Shown here: one piece after another, positions 50,301 to 62,719 of the stretch
How the letters are laid out: each line of letters starts with the position of its first letter
Position numbering within the stretch: position 1 is the stretch's first letter
DNA from: Gracilinanus agilis
Taxonomy: Eukaryota
Assembly: GCF_016433145.1 (NCBI RefSeq)
Contig: NC_058134.1
Coordinates: 5,477,678 to 5,541,677 of the forward strand
Length of the DNA: 64,000 bases
Direction: 5' to 3'
Notes under the pieces: generated by a model
Databases searched by the model: none
The model's input: only the letters and a program-made list of their open reading frames with translations
What the model was told of the DNA's origin: nothing
Position numbers and translations under genes: made by a program

Positions 50301-51109
50301 TTGATTATGGAGTTCACTTATATGTTTTCTTTCTGTCTGTGGGAGATACAGTATTTTCTGGACTTTGCTTAAATCTAAACAAAAATCCCATTGACTAGAC
50401 ATCCTATCAAAATGGATGGCGGTTGAAAGAGTCTTGCTACAAAGGTAGAGGGCTTAGAGTGGCCTCCATTATACAGTGACTTTCCACTAAACTTGGTAGG
50501 AGCTGTTGATCTTGTAAGAGCCTTCCCATTCCTCTTATTCTGATTTGTATTTCTAGGTTGTTTAAACCAGGAACCTCATTATCTTTATCATCTCCATTAC
50601 AAAGACATACATACATACATCCCTTGATAGGGTGAGATAATGACTAGAAAACCTTTGCCTGTTTTAAAGCCCTGTAAAATGTTGGTTATTGTTTATTACA
50701 TTAATTAGCAGCCAAAGCTCCAAATAGACCTTGTAGTTCTAGCCCAGTGATCCATTCACTTTCAGGCATCTCAACTGCATTCTGATTGGCTTCAGACCAG
50801 TGTGTCTGCTGGGAACACCAGGAAAAGACATTGGCCTTTCTGATAGGTTTTGTCCAGACAGCTGAGCAAACATTCTCATGGAAGCTCTTCCTGTGTCTTG
50901 GTTTTCCTCATGTTCACTGCTGCTTCTGGCCTTTACTAGAGTCCAGGCACCTGCCAGCAGTGAGATCCCAAATGTTCACCTCCCATCTATCACCTTCTTC
51001 AAGGTGAGGCAGGACAGCCTGGACAGAATTTGATTTAGCAAGTATTTAGAAAACTTCTTCAACATTCAGCTCAGCTCCTGCCTTCTGTAGGAGCTGTCTT
51101 CTGTTCTCC

Positions 51110-51310
51110 CTGCTGCAATGCCCTATCTCCATCCTCCCCACAATGTGCCTTTCCTCTGACATGATTTTGCACTGTACATATATATTATCAATGTTGTTTA
51201 CATGGTTCTTCTCCCATTAGGATGTGAGCTCTTTAAGGGAGGGGTTCGTGTTCTTGTCTCTGTATTTGCTAGTGTTTAGTATAGTGAATGGAACATAGTG
51301 TTTACTAACT
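51110..51310 (+). mobile_element. L2 3' end
   Basis: 'cttctcccattaggatgtgagctctttaagggagggg...tctctgtatttgctagtgtttagtatagtg'. Confidence 0.75.
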
Positions 51311-54249
51311 CCAGAGAGGGCAAGGTCCTGTGATGGGCCCTAGCAAAGGGAAGACTGGATTCCTTTTCCTACATCTCTCCATATGGATAGCTGCAGCAAG
51401 AGAGCAATGAGGGACCAAGTATAGCCAGGAATGCCTCTCTCAGGAGGGATGATAGAGAAGATAGATAGTCACTGGTCAAGTTTGAAGGCTTCTTATCTAG
51501 GTTTTTTTGTGTGTGTGACTTCCCAGGTCCCTTCCAGTTCAGAAATTCTATAAAGAGTGAAGAAGACTCAGGTCAGGATAATGCAGCCTGAGGAAGGACT
51601 GTTTTCATTTATAACTATTTGCAAATGAACTCTTCTGTCCCTTCAATTTCCTCTTGGGGGCCAGTCTTGAAGTAATATGCGTGGTGCTTGAGATTCTCCA
51701 TGGGATGGAGAAGGGGTAAGGGTAGAGCAGCTTTTAGAAGGCTATTCAGGGGGAATGTGAATGACTGAACCATCATGAGCTCATTCATGACACTCTTCAG
51801 GTACCAAAATCCATTGAACTTGGCTAAATGATGACACAGCTGGACCTAGGATGTAGCATAGTTTTCCATATGGTCTCTTGGGTATGCCCAAGTGAGGGCA
51901 AAGTGAACCTGGTCCCAGGACCAACAGCTGCCTTGCTTGCTGTTGCCCACCTCACAAAGGGGCTCTTTTGGCCTCACTTTGACGAGTGACCAGCTTAGGA
52001 AATGGCTGTGGGCCCCTTTTCCCACTGGACTAAAAATGCAAGGAGGGGAATCCCACTCCTGGACCAAAGGCAGTTTCCACATCCATAAATAAGCAAGGCA
52101 ATTTGGCAGCCTCTGGTGGGCCTAAGGAAATGTGGCTCAGTCAATGGATGTGTGTCTACAAAAGGGATGGATTTCTCCTCAAGCTAAGGATGGGACTGGA
52201 CGTGCAATTTCTAAATTGAAGGAATAGCCTATCACTGTCTCTCCTCAATAGGACCATGGACAGAGTGATAGCTGATGTCCTTATGATGCTTTAGTGTTTG
52301 CAAAGCACTTGATGGCCATAGATTTAACCAGGAAAGGGCTCTTAGAGATCATCAAGTTCAACCCTCTGTTCCAAATGACACTTGAGGAAACTGAGACCCA
52401 GACAGCTGACAGGACTTTCTGTAAGTCACACATCTAGGCAGTGACAGAGAAAGACTTTGAACTCCAAACCTCTCCAAATCTGATGCTCTTCTGGCTAAAC
52501 AACATTGTATTATAGGGTTGGTTTTAGGGCAAGAAAAAGCCTCGACAGTCATTCAAACCTGTGATTTCATGGCCCAGTGTAGTTAAGTCATTTCCTTAAG
52601 GTCACACAGTCAAAAGCAGATCTGAAAATTACTTCAAATATTAGACTCTAAATCCAAGCCTGTTCCTACAATAAAAATGGCATTAACGGTCTTCAGCACT
52701 CCAGGTTTGGCATGTTGTATGGTTTTTGTTTCATGTGTAAAGGAATCCCACTCTCATGCCTTCTCTCCTTAATGCAGGCTGCTGATGGACTTGAGAGAGC
52801 CTCAAGGATTTCAGGGTGCAAAGGCCCCCGCTGTGGTCATTTTGGGTCTCACTTGCCCAAGCAGTCCTGAATGGTACTGGGAGGCTTCTGGCCTAAGAGA
52901 GACATCCATGGGAGACTGGCTTGGCAGGTCCTGCAAGAGTCTCTTTGCATTTTTTCCTCCAGGCAGAATCTAAATCTACTCTGCCTGATTGATTCCTATT
53001 CATTTCGTGGTATCCAGGCTCTCTCATTAAAGAAGATGCTTGGTTCGCCCTCAGTCTGATTACAGACAGCTCTGCACTACAGACGAGCTCTGCGTTAATG
53101 AAGATGTGGAAAGATAATCAGAGATTCCCAGCTCCTCGAAAGCTTCACACCAGCCAACAACAGGCAGTCAGTCAGCCAGCCGGGGCAAAGTGGGATTGGG
53201 GGGATCTTTTCTCTGATGCGACTTCACGCTCTCACCTTCTCCTCTGCCCTACTTTAGAGGCCCAGTAATTGGTTTCTGTCCTAGTTATCTGTTTGCTTCT
53301 GGAGTCTCACAATGAAGGCAGTTCCTATTTCTCACTTCCTCCTCCCAGGTTGAGCTGCGGAGGGAGAACAATTACTGAGGTAATTGTCCGACAAAGGCTG
53401 GGAACAGAAACAGCCTTTCTGTTCTCCAGCCTTTCTCTTCCTCGCCTGATTGTGCCATCCTGGGATGAAAGGGGGATTTCTCGGCCTCTCCTCCAGCCAT
53501 TCCCAAACCAGGGGCCAGTGACTGGGACTTCGTGGCAGGCTTTCTTTTTGGCCGTTGGAGGTTTAGTCTCCAACAAAACAAAATGCATTGCTTGGAAAAC
53601 CTTCCAGCTCTGCACATCAGATACACAGTCATTCGCAGCTTTTGATTTCTCGTGCTACGGACTCTGTTCAACTTCTTCTCCCACAGGAGACCTGGAAGCC
53701 ATTGTCACGAGATCAGAGAAGAGAGGATTCCCCACCCTGCCACCGTGGTGTGTTTGACTCTCACATCCTACCAAGCCCAAGTGACTTTTATCCTAATCAA
53801 ATTTTGCAGAAAGCGCGCAGGCCATTTTGTGCCAAACCAGAGGAAGGAAATACATCCAGTGCTCTGGCAGGCAGCTCCTAGAGGTCGTCTCTCCCAGCCT
53901 CACCATTCTCCAAAGGAAAGAAAGGAGGCTCAGCTAGTGGAAAGGACATGCTGAAGGTCACAGTCAGGCTCTCAGCCACTTAAGTATCTATTATGTCACT
54001 ACACTATGTTCTGGGGATAAAGAGACAAACAATGAACTGGCCCCTGTCCTCATGGAGCTTGTATTCTCTCTGGGGAGGTAACATCCACATATGTAAGCCG
54101 ATTCAGGAGAAAGACTTTGCCAGGCAAACCACAGACAAAAGGCATTTATGAAATACTCACCCTTTGTGGGAATGTGGCTTCCCAGTGGACCCTGCCATGT
54201 AGGCAGTGAGAGCACCGAGGTTTCATGTATCACGGAAGGTCTTATGGTA

Positions 54250-54500
54250 GTACAAGTGGTGCAGTAGATAGTCAGGTATGGCATCAGGAAGATTCATCTT
54301 CCTGAGTTCAAATCTAGCCTCAGATTTGAGGCTAGTTGTGTGACCCTGGACAAGTTATTTTACCTTGTTTACCTCAGTTTCCTCATCTAGAAAATGATGT
54401 AGAGAAGACGATGGCAAACCACTCCAGTATCTTTGCCACAAAAATGCCAGAAGAGGTCACAGAGAGTCAGACATGACTGGGACTAGCAAACAATAGCAAT
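54250..54500 (+). mobile_element. Mar1-like SINE
   Basis: 'gatggcaaaccactccagtatctttgcc...gaggtcacagagagtcagacatgactg' RTE-type tail after the CORE. Confidence 0.92.
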
Positions 54501-55013
54501 AACAAACCACAATGGGTGTTACTCCTGTGGAGATGAGACAATGCACAGGCTACAGGACTCTGAGGTTCTGCAAACATTGCCAGTTCTTCACTCTACACAA
54601 CCTGCACGTGACGCCCATCAGGCATCCTCTTATAAAAAGAAGGGAGACGGGAGAGATCAGAACTCAAGCCAGGATTATAAGCATACAACTTTGCCCCATG
54701 TTTGATAACCATCTCTTTACCAGCTAAAGAAAATCTTTGTTTATACTCTTTGTGTGTTAGGTCAGTTGTTTGTGGCATTCTGTTAGGTGGATTTAAGAGA
54801 CATAGCAACAGTCTTCCTGTGATAGTTATGCCCAGAATAAATTCAGAAGGAGGAGGAACCAGGAATCCAGGAACCAGGTACCTGGAGTCTGAATTCAGGG
54901 TCCTTTGTATTACGCCAGACTAGCTTATGGACTTATCATCTTGTCTTCTAGAAAAGCTTTTGGTCAATATATTCCCCCTTTCCTTTAAGTGCCAGTGAGA
55001 GCATCCTCTGAGG

Positions 55014-55179
55014 CAGGGGTCGGCAACGTATGGCTCTTTCTGCAGGAGCCATAAAGTCATTTTTTTTTCAGGCGCTGTTACAGGAGCCGCACTGTGAGCA
55101 CTGTACGGCTCTCACAAAATTACATTTTAAATAATGTGGCATTTATGGCTCTCACGGCCAAAAAGGTTGCCGACCCCTG
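55014..55179. mobile_element. hAT (Charlie/OposCharlie-type) MITE, family B, 166 bp
   Basis: Perfect 14-bp TIRs caggggtcggcaac / gttgccgacccctg; perfect TSD ctctgagg (55006-55013, 55180-55187). Confidence 0.96.
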
Positions 55180-55298
55180 CTCTGAGGGAACCCATTTGGT
55201 GCTAGATCTATGTAGGGTGGGATATTCATTCTATAAAATGGATCACTAATGTGCCTTGGAAGTTTCTGTATAAATCCCAACAACAAAAGGTTGATTTT

Positions 55299-55481
55299 TT
55301 TTTAATAAACCCTTAACTTCTGTGTATTGGCTCATAGGTGGAAGAGTGGTAAGGGAGGGCAATGGGGGTCAAGTGACTTGCCCAGAGTCACACAGCTGGG
55401 AAGTATCTGAGGCCGAATTTGAACCTAGGACCTCCCATCTCTAGGACTGACTCTCAATCCACTGAGCTACCTAGCTGCCCC
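55299..55481 (-). mobile_element. Young SINE1_Mdo-like SINE, full length, 15-bp TSD
   Basis: TSD caaaaggttgatttt at 55284-55298 and 55482-55496. Confidence 0.95.
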
Positions 55482-55737
55482 CAAAAGGTTGATTTTAAGC
55501 ATCTTGTTCTCTTCTCTGCAGCTACTTTCTACATCATTATTTCTCTCCAAAGGACGTGGTCATCTGATTCCCTCTTGATCTGAACAAAAGGAATGATGTT
55601 ATTCATTTATGATTTGAGGGGCAAAGAGTAATCTTCCTTGGCCTATGAGCAAGACATCTTTCATTTAGGGCAAAGGAGAGAGGATGATGGAAGAGTCTTG
55701 AAAATAAGAATGAATGGAACTGGAATCTGGAGAATAG

Positions 55738-55768
55738 GAATGAATGAATGAATGAATGAATGAATGAA
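55738..55768. repeat. (GAAT)n microsatellite
   Basis: Read directly from the sequence. Confidence 0.95.
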
Positions 55769-56089
55769 AGAAACTGTGACATTTGCATAAATGAAAGGAG
55801 AGAAATATTCTGAATAGGTGAACATGAGGAAGTTCAAGAAAGGCATGAGAGAAAGGAGGAGAAAGTCAGAGGCAGGAGGGGACATAGCCCTTTTGGAGTA
55901 TAGCTAGGAGACTAGTATAGTTCTGATAGAGACTTGAAAGGTAGGTTGGAACCAGATTTCGGAAAAGTGGATTAGTGAGCCTCAATTAGTCACATGAGCT
56001 ATTTGTACCACTGCCCTTCATCTCATACTCATTAATCATGCTTTCCATTTTTTTCTTTCCAAGCCTATAATGGGTACAGAAGCTTTAAT

Positions 56090-56450
56090 CCTGTATATTC
56101 CACTAGGGAAATGAGCATCCAGGTTATGTATGTATGGCAAGTGTTAAAAGGGATCATTCTGTGAATTCTGCAGGAGTTCAGCTTCTGGACCCTTAGAATA
56201 CTTACAAGTCCCCATCTCTCTTTCATCTACCTTCATGTCAGAGTGGATATATGCTTTGGAAATTCCTCATCTATTCCTTCTTTTGGTCCTGGTGACCTAT
56301 AGTATGTTCCAATGAAAATACCAGTTTTCTTTCTGATCCCTTGGTATTCACTCAACTGCTCTTGGATTTGCTGCCCCTGTCTACATTCTGAGTTTCCTCC
56401 CATGACTATATATGCTTCATACACAATGGCACCTTCCCTACTATCCCCTT
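56090..56450 (-). mobile_element. CR1/L3 endonuclease-region fragment
   Basis: Track ORF 56233-56424(-) 'IFIGTYYRSPGPKEGIDEEFPKHI' matches the CR1 APE motif 'VVGVYYRPP.Q.EE.DE.F.KQL'. Confidence 0.8.
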
Positions 56451-56929
56451 CTCTTTTTTTATAGCTAGTCCTGCTTTTTTAAAATTAATTGTATCCTTGT
56501 CAAGTCATGTTTCAGACACCAAGTCTCAGAGAATCCCTTGAAGTCAACTTTGCTTTCTTGCCTTAAAAACTCTAGTTTATGTTGCTTATTACCAAGACTT
56601 TCCACATTCCTGCATTGCTTTTATTTTTATTAGCCTCTCCTTTCTTGGATTGTTTCTCCCATGGATTTAATGCTTCTCTGGAGCCATTTATCTTCCTGCA
56701 ATGAACTTCTTAGGGTGATATCCAGCTTGGCAGATATTCTGAGACAGTTTTCTTTCTCTCCTTTCATTTGCAATTTACATTCCTCTTGATCAGACTCATA
56801 TGACTCTAAACCAGTGTGACTTTAGTGGCTTTTATTGGATTAACTCTATTTTTGGTCATTCTCAAATTGAAAGCCATGGCTCTCAAATCCAAATCCCACT
56901 TTCAAACACCATCTTTTTTTTAATTCTAT

Positions 56930-57560
56930 TTTATTGTTAAATTTAATTAATTAGCTAATTAATTTGGAATATTTTTTCATGGTAACATGATTCATATTCT
57001 TTCCCTCCCCCTCCCATAGCCAATGATCAATTCAACTGGGTTTTACATGTATCATTTGATCAAGACCTATTTACATATTAATACTTGCTCTAGAGTGACC
57101 ATTTAGCATCTATATCCCCACTTATATCCCCATCAAACCATGTGATCTATCTTATGTTTTCTTTTGCGTTTCTGCTCCCACAGTTCTTCCTCTGGATGTG
57201 GATAGTGCTCTTTCTCATAAGTCGCTCAGAATTGTCCTGAGTCATTGCATTGCTGCTGGTAAAGAAGAAAACAAGCAGGATCTTAATGGGAAAGCATTAC
57301 TGTTTGATTGTGCTACAATGTATCCGTCTCTGTACAACATTCTCCTGGTTCTGCTCCTTTCACTCTGCATCACTTCCTGGAGGTCTTTCCAGTTCACATG
57401 GGATTCCTCCAATTTATTATTCCTTTCAGCACAATAGTATTCCATTTTGTTCAGCCATTCCCCAGTTGAAGGGCATCCCCTCGTTTTCCAGTTTTTTGCC
57501 ACCACAAAGAGCGTGTCTGTGAATATTTTTGTACAAGTATTTTTCCTTATGATCTTTTTG
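56930..57560 (-). mobile_element. L1 3' end
   Basis: Track ORF 57242-57598(-) 'LGLYPKKII...CTKIF...LFVVAKNWKTRGCPSTGEWLNK...MQSERSRTRR' is the L1 ORF2 C-terminus. Confidence 0.93.
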
Positions 57561-58249
57561 GGATACAAACCCAATGGCAGACACCATGTTCTTAACATGA
57601 GTTTAGATGCTGGTGATGATAATTTTAGGTTATGTCCTACGTGGAAGTGGATGCCTCAAGATAGGTTAACCATACTTTAGGCTGAGGTTGGGGGACACCA
57701 AAAGTGGTTGTTGAATGACCACAAGGTACTGAGATGTGCCCTTTTTCCTATACCAGTTAAGGTCTATGGGAAAAGTCATTGAGTAAGCTGGAGAAGAAAA
57801 TTGCCAGTTGATAAGATGCTTCCCTCCACCCCCACCTCTTTCTGATATTTAAACAATCAGCTGTGAGCAGAATATCTGGACTGTGCAAAGTTCTCAGTGG
57901 GCCACATAGAATGACCAGGAAAGTGACTGGCAGCCTTTGAGGGCTGGAGCAATCCCATGAACTTGTAAGCAGTTGCTCTGGATCCCTTTCTAAGAAGACA
58001 GCCTTAATTTTTCCTGCTTACTGCAGGGGGACTTTTTGGCCCAAGGGGAAGCCCTTGAGATACCCCCTTATCCATATATCTAGTCTTTATTAGTAGAGGC
58101 AGTGTTTTGTTCAAAGACATCATCACAAGAGTGGACTTGTTGAGGAGGCTCACAAGAGCAGTATTTTAATGGCTATTTCCTGGAAAAAGAAGAAAACAAG
58201 CAGGATCTTATCTTAATGGGAAAGGGACTTTTTCATTCAGTCCAATTCC

Positions 58250-58850
58250 TGTGGGTTTTTTCCCATTTATTTATTTGAAGAAAAATTTTCCATGGTTACA
58301 TGATTCATGTTCTTCTCCCCCCCAGCCCCACCCACCCACTGTAACTGATGCGTATTTCCATTGGGTTTTATATGTGTCATTGATCAAGACCTATTTCCAT
58401 ATTATTGATATTTTCACTAGGGTGATTGTTTAGAGTCTACATCCCAAGTCATATCCGCATCAGCCCATGTGTTCAAACAGTTGTTTTTCTTCTGTGTTTC
58501 TCCTCCCACATTTCTTCCTCTGAATGTGAATAGCATTCTTTCTCCTACGTCCCTCAGAGTTGTCCTGGGTCATTGCATTGCTGCTAGTAGAGAAATCCAT
58601 TACATTTGATTTTTACTACAGTGTATCAGTCTCTGTGTACAATGTTCTCCTGGTTCTGCTCTTTTTGCTCTGCATCAATTCCTGAAGGATTTTTCAGTTC
58701 ACATGGAATTCTTCCAGTTCATTATTCCTTTGAGCACCAACAGATACCACAATTTGTTCATCCATTCCCCAATCTAAGGGTATATCCTCGTTTTCCAGTT
58801 TTTTGCCACTACAAAGAGTACAGCTATAAATATTTTTGTACATGTTTTGA
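58250..58850 (-). mobile_element. L1 3' end
   Basis: Same 3' UTR/ORF2 C-terminal signature as at 37005 and 56930, with different diagnostic bases. Confidence 0.92.
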
Positions 58851-59259
58851 CACATGAGGAAACCTAGGTGGAATGAGGTAAGGTGCAGGTCACACAGGTA
58901 AGAGCAGCAGAGTTGAGCTGTGAATCACTTTGGCACTGGAATCCCGATCCTTTCTGAAGAGACCGGTGCTATTTCAGGAAGCTATACTCAGAGAGGGGAT
59001 CAATGCTATTACCTTCCTTGAGAATATTCCCTCCATCCAGGAAAACTGAAGTTCCTAGAAGGCAGGGACTGTTTGAATTCTGTCCTTGCATCTTCAGCAC
59101 CAATCATGGCGCTTTGTTCAGCCTAAGTACAAATATGATGTTTACAAGTTCTATATAAGATGGTGAAGAGGCCAATCAATGGAACGAGTGAGCAAGACTA
59201 GAAGTCCGACTCCATGAAAGTGTGAAGTAAAAAAGGCTGCCTCCTGAGCAGGAGGTTCC

Positions 59260-59800
59260 TCACCCAGTGCTTCAGAACCTCTGGAACTTCACCCATCTGG
59301 GCATTCACTGCTGCAGTAGGGTGGAGGTGAGTCTTTGTTCCTTCTCCTTTTCACCAAGTCACAGTTCATACAGGCCTTCTCATTCCTTGCAATGCTGCCC
59401 ATCTCCTTCCATAAATCCTCTGCATTTTGAGGGCCACCCTTCAGATCCTTTGGTGCCAAAACACTTCATGAATTGCCCAGCTGTCATCCATGTTCTTGCT
59501 GTGCACCCTCTCCATCTTCTTGCCTTATCTGACACTGGGTGGGTGACTTCTTCTATGCCACACATTCTCATCTCCCGGGAACAACCAATGATCTTTTCAT
59601 CATCTTGCCTCATCTGCCATCTTGGTTTTCTGGCACTTATGAGATTTTACAATTCACAGATAACTCAAGCCTTAAGAAGGGCTTGGATCATTGAAACCTC
59701 AGGGTAAATTCTCAAATGGCAGCCAGTCCTTTGCCGTCTTCCCACTCCACTGTGGACCTAGATCCTTGTTCAGCCCAAGTGTCTGTCCAAGATGAAACAA
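59260..59800 (+). mobile_element. L2 ORF2 endonuclease-region fragment
   Basis: Track ORF 59267-59707 'PLHFEGHPSDPLVP...PAVIH' resembles the L2 APE motif 'SFEAH.I.L..P...AVIYRPP'; pyrimidine-rich. Confidence 0.55.
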
Positions 59801-60249
59801 TGAGAGATTGCCTTGAAGGATGGTCCATTCTCATCTGAGCAGTAAGCAGGCCTTCTGTTTTCTCACAAAATAGCTGCGAAGGCAGTCTCTACTTGCATTA
59901 TTGCTTTCATCAACAGATTGTTTGGTATTTATTCCTTGTTTATAATTAAATCTTCCCTGCAGACATTATTTAAATGTTAAGGGAAACTAATTTTCATATT
60001 AAAGATAGCAGATGCTGTAGACTGACCTTTCACTATGTAAGAAAAAATTGAACGGAGATTTAGAATCAACTAATTTGGGGATGGTGAAGATCATTAATTA
60101 CAGGCAGCATCTGAGGGGGAAATAGAGCCAAACAGAGGATAGAGGCCACTAGCTCACGTGCTTCTGAGTCTGCCCCGGCACTGGCCTTTCCCCAACACCT
60201 GGAAGGTGCTGAGGCCACATGCTGTGTCCAGAAAGCCCCACATTCTGGG

Positions 60250-60400
60250 TCAACTGTGAATTTAGCCCTAGATTCCTCAAAGCTCTGTGACACTTAGATC
60301 ATCCCTCTCTGAGCCTCCATTTAGCCCTCTATAAAATGGGAATAATTTGTGTAGAGCCTTAACTCACCCAAGTAACTGTGAACTCTCAAGACATCACCAA
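60250..60400 (+). mobile_element. MIR
   Basis: 'ctgtgacacttagatcatccctctctgagcctcc...ctataaaatgggaataat'. Confidence 0.7.
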
Positions 60401-62719
60401 AGTCCTGCTCATTGGACCTTTTTGTCTATATTTACATGCTGTAGGGCTTGGAATTTTTGAGATTTCATTACCATGAAGACACCTTCTATCGATGCCAGCT
60501 GGCAAATGGATTTTGGTCTTAGATGTCTGTGTGGGAGCACTAAAGGCCTGTGGCATATCCAGGATTCCACAATTACCAAGTGTTGTAGGCAGGGTGCCTG
60601 TCTCCCATCAGTTCACCATGAAACTCAGTCACCTCGCTGAAGGACCTGCCATTTTCTGGGGTAACAGTCATGTGCAATAACATACAAATGAATATACTGC
60701 AGAGTGTAGAAGCAGGAGGCACTAGCACACAAATATGGAGGGGGGAATGAATCCAGGGGGCCTCCATGGAGGAGGAGCTCTGTGTATTATGGGTGCTTTG
60801 AAGGAAGCTAGCACAGAAATCAGACAAAGGTGTTGTTCTGAAGGTGTCCCTTTTTTCCTTTATTTTCTTTTGTTTGTTTGTTTGTTTGTTTGTTTTTCCC
60901 CCTCCCGTATTCAGTATAACCGGCCATTCTGGTGAAGGAGTCATTTGGTAATGCCAATGTAATTAATTTAGAAACCTGCAGATGCCCACTCAGAATCACT
61001 CCAGGATGGTTTTCATGGAAACAATCCATATATGTCAGTATGGACACGTCCCAGCGGATTCAGCTGAAAGCAGAGGCTCTATATCCCCATTGACATTAGA
61101 CTCCATGGGGTATTTCCCTTGTCACTGTCATTCCAGGTTCTTTCATTTTTTTTTCTTTTTCTCAATAGGCACATTTTAGTGAAACTAAAACCTAAATGAA
61201 GTTAGGATATTTTTGTCATCCTCCAAAATGTCTGTACATGGAGAATCTGAGGACATGATCTCTTTGTGGCGTAAGGGACATGGCCAAGGCCACTCGGGCA
61301 GTAACTTGACTTGGGCCCAGATTTTCTGACCCAAACCTCACTGTTGCTTTCCACCAACGTTGGGTTTCTTCCCAAGTAAGGGAAAGTGGCTCACTGGGAA
61401 CTGAGTGTACCACACTGACTTCATGCCGTGACCCAGTTCTGAAGCTCGCTCAGTTCCCTTTCTAGTGAGTCTGGTCCAATTCTGGTCTTGTAAGAACATT
61501 TTATTCAATTGTAGGATTTGGCAGAAAAGCTCGTGGCCTGTGTGGTCGAGATGCTGGCCCACCTCTCTTTGCTCTTTAGAGACCCTAAACTAAGGACGGA
61601 GATGATGCTGAGGCCAAACCCAGCCACATCCAAAGATTGGTGCAAGGAGTTTCCTCACAGTTGTACATCTCAAGTAAGCCCGTGTCTTATCTGAAAACTG
61701 ACCCCCTACTGATCAGTAGGTTTGGGTTGCCATGTTCCTGGAACTGTGCATAGACACCTGGGCAAGGCAGTTCCCTGATTTCCCTCTCCATTTCCCAACT
61801 TGGAAAGGCCTGCATTTTTGCTCCAATTAAAATCAAAAGACCTAATGTTGTCTCCTGGTTAATTGTTTCCTTTTCATTCATTGGTCTTCTGCGATTAATT
61901 GTTTTTAATGTATTAAAGTCTGTCTTCCCCTGCATTCAAGGTCCAGTCCAAAAGCTAACGCAGGCCATCGGTCCCATCATTGGGCAATGGGCATGCATCA
62001 CATAAGAAATCAAAAGTCTCCATCATTGCACCTTTCACCTGCCACACAAGCGGACGAGCTCTGATAAAGTAGAGAAGAGATGAAAGGAGAGAATCTGAAG
62101 GAAATCATTTGGAAATGTCCAGTCCCTTTATGAGTGCCCTCATCATTATTATGTGACCACTATGTCAGGGCATCAGAAACTACTGATGACCAAAAAGAGA
62201 AATTCAAGAGCACAAGACCCATGATGAACATGCCAGGGATCTGTGGGAAAATCAGTAATGGTGTGTTCAAGTCCTTTAATTTGGAAGCAAATTTGGAAGT
62301 AATTTGGATTATTTTTGGATTATTGTTAATTATTATTAAAGGAGATAATCTGTTTAAGACGGCAGGGAATTGTCATTTGAGAACAGAGTTTCTTCACTTG
62401 GCCTCCATGGACTCTAAAGGGGCTGATGGATTGATTTGAGGGAGTCCATATGCTTGGATGGGGGAAACCATATTTACTTTCACTCACTTCTGGCTGAAAT
62501 TTAACAGTTCATTTAATTATTTAAAATTATTTAAAACACGATTTCGAGGAGTCCATGAGTATGGTGTCAGCAGACTGACAAAGGGGATCATGGAGCAAAA
62601 AGGTTACAAATTCTGTCTCTTAAAGGATGTCAATGATTTGGGGATGCAATGGGGAAAGGAATCTGCCATTTAAAAGAAAAGTATTACATCATCAACTCAG
62701 AAATATTATTTGTACCAAA

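Noticed and set aside
53269-53954. Cluster of overlapping 96-162 aa ORFs
   Set aside because: ORFs on both strands and in several frames reflect higher GC content; none resembles a known protein.
56930-58850. Two same-orientation L1 3' ends as a tandem segmental duplication
   Set aside because: They differ at many diagnostic positions and in deletion pattern, and their flanks are unrelated, so they are independent insertions.
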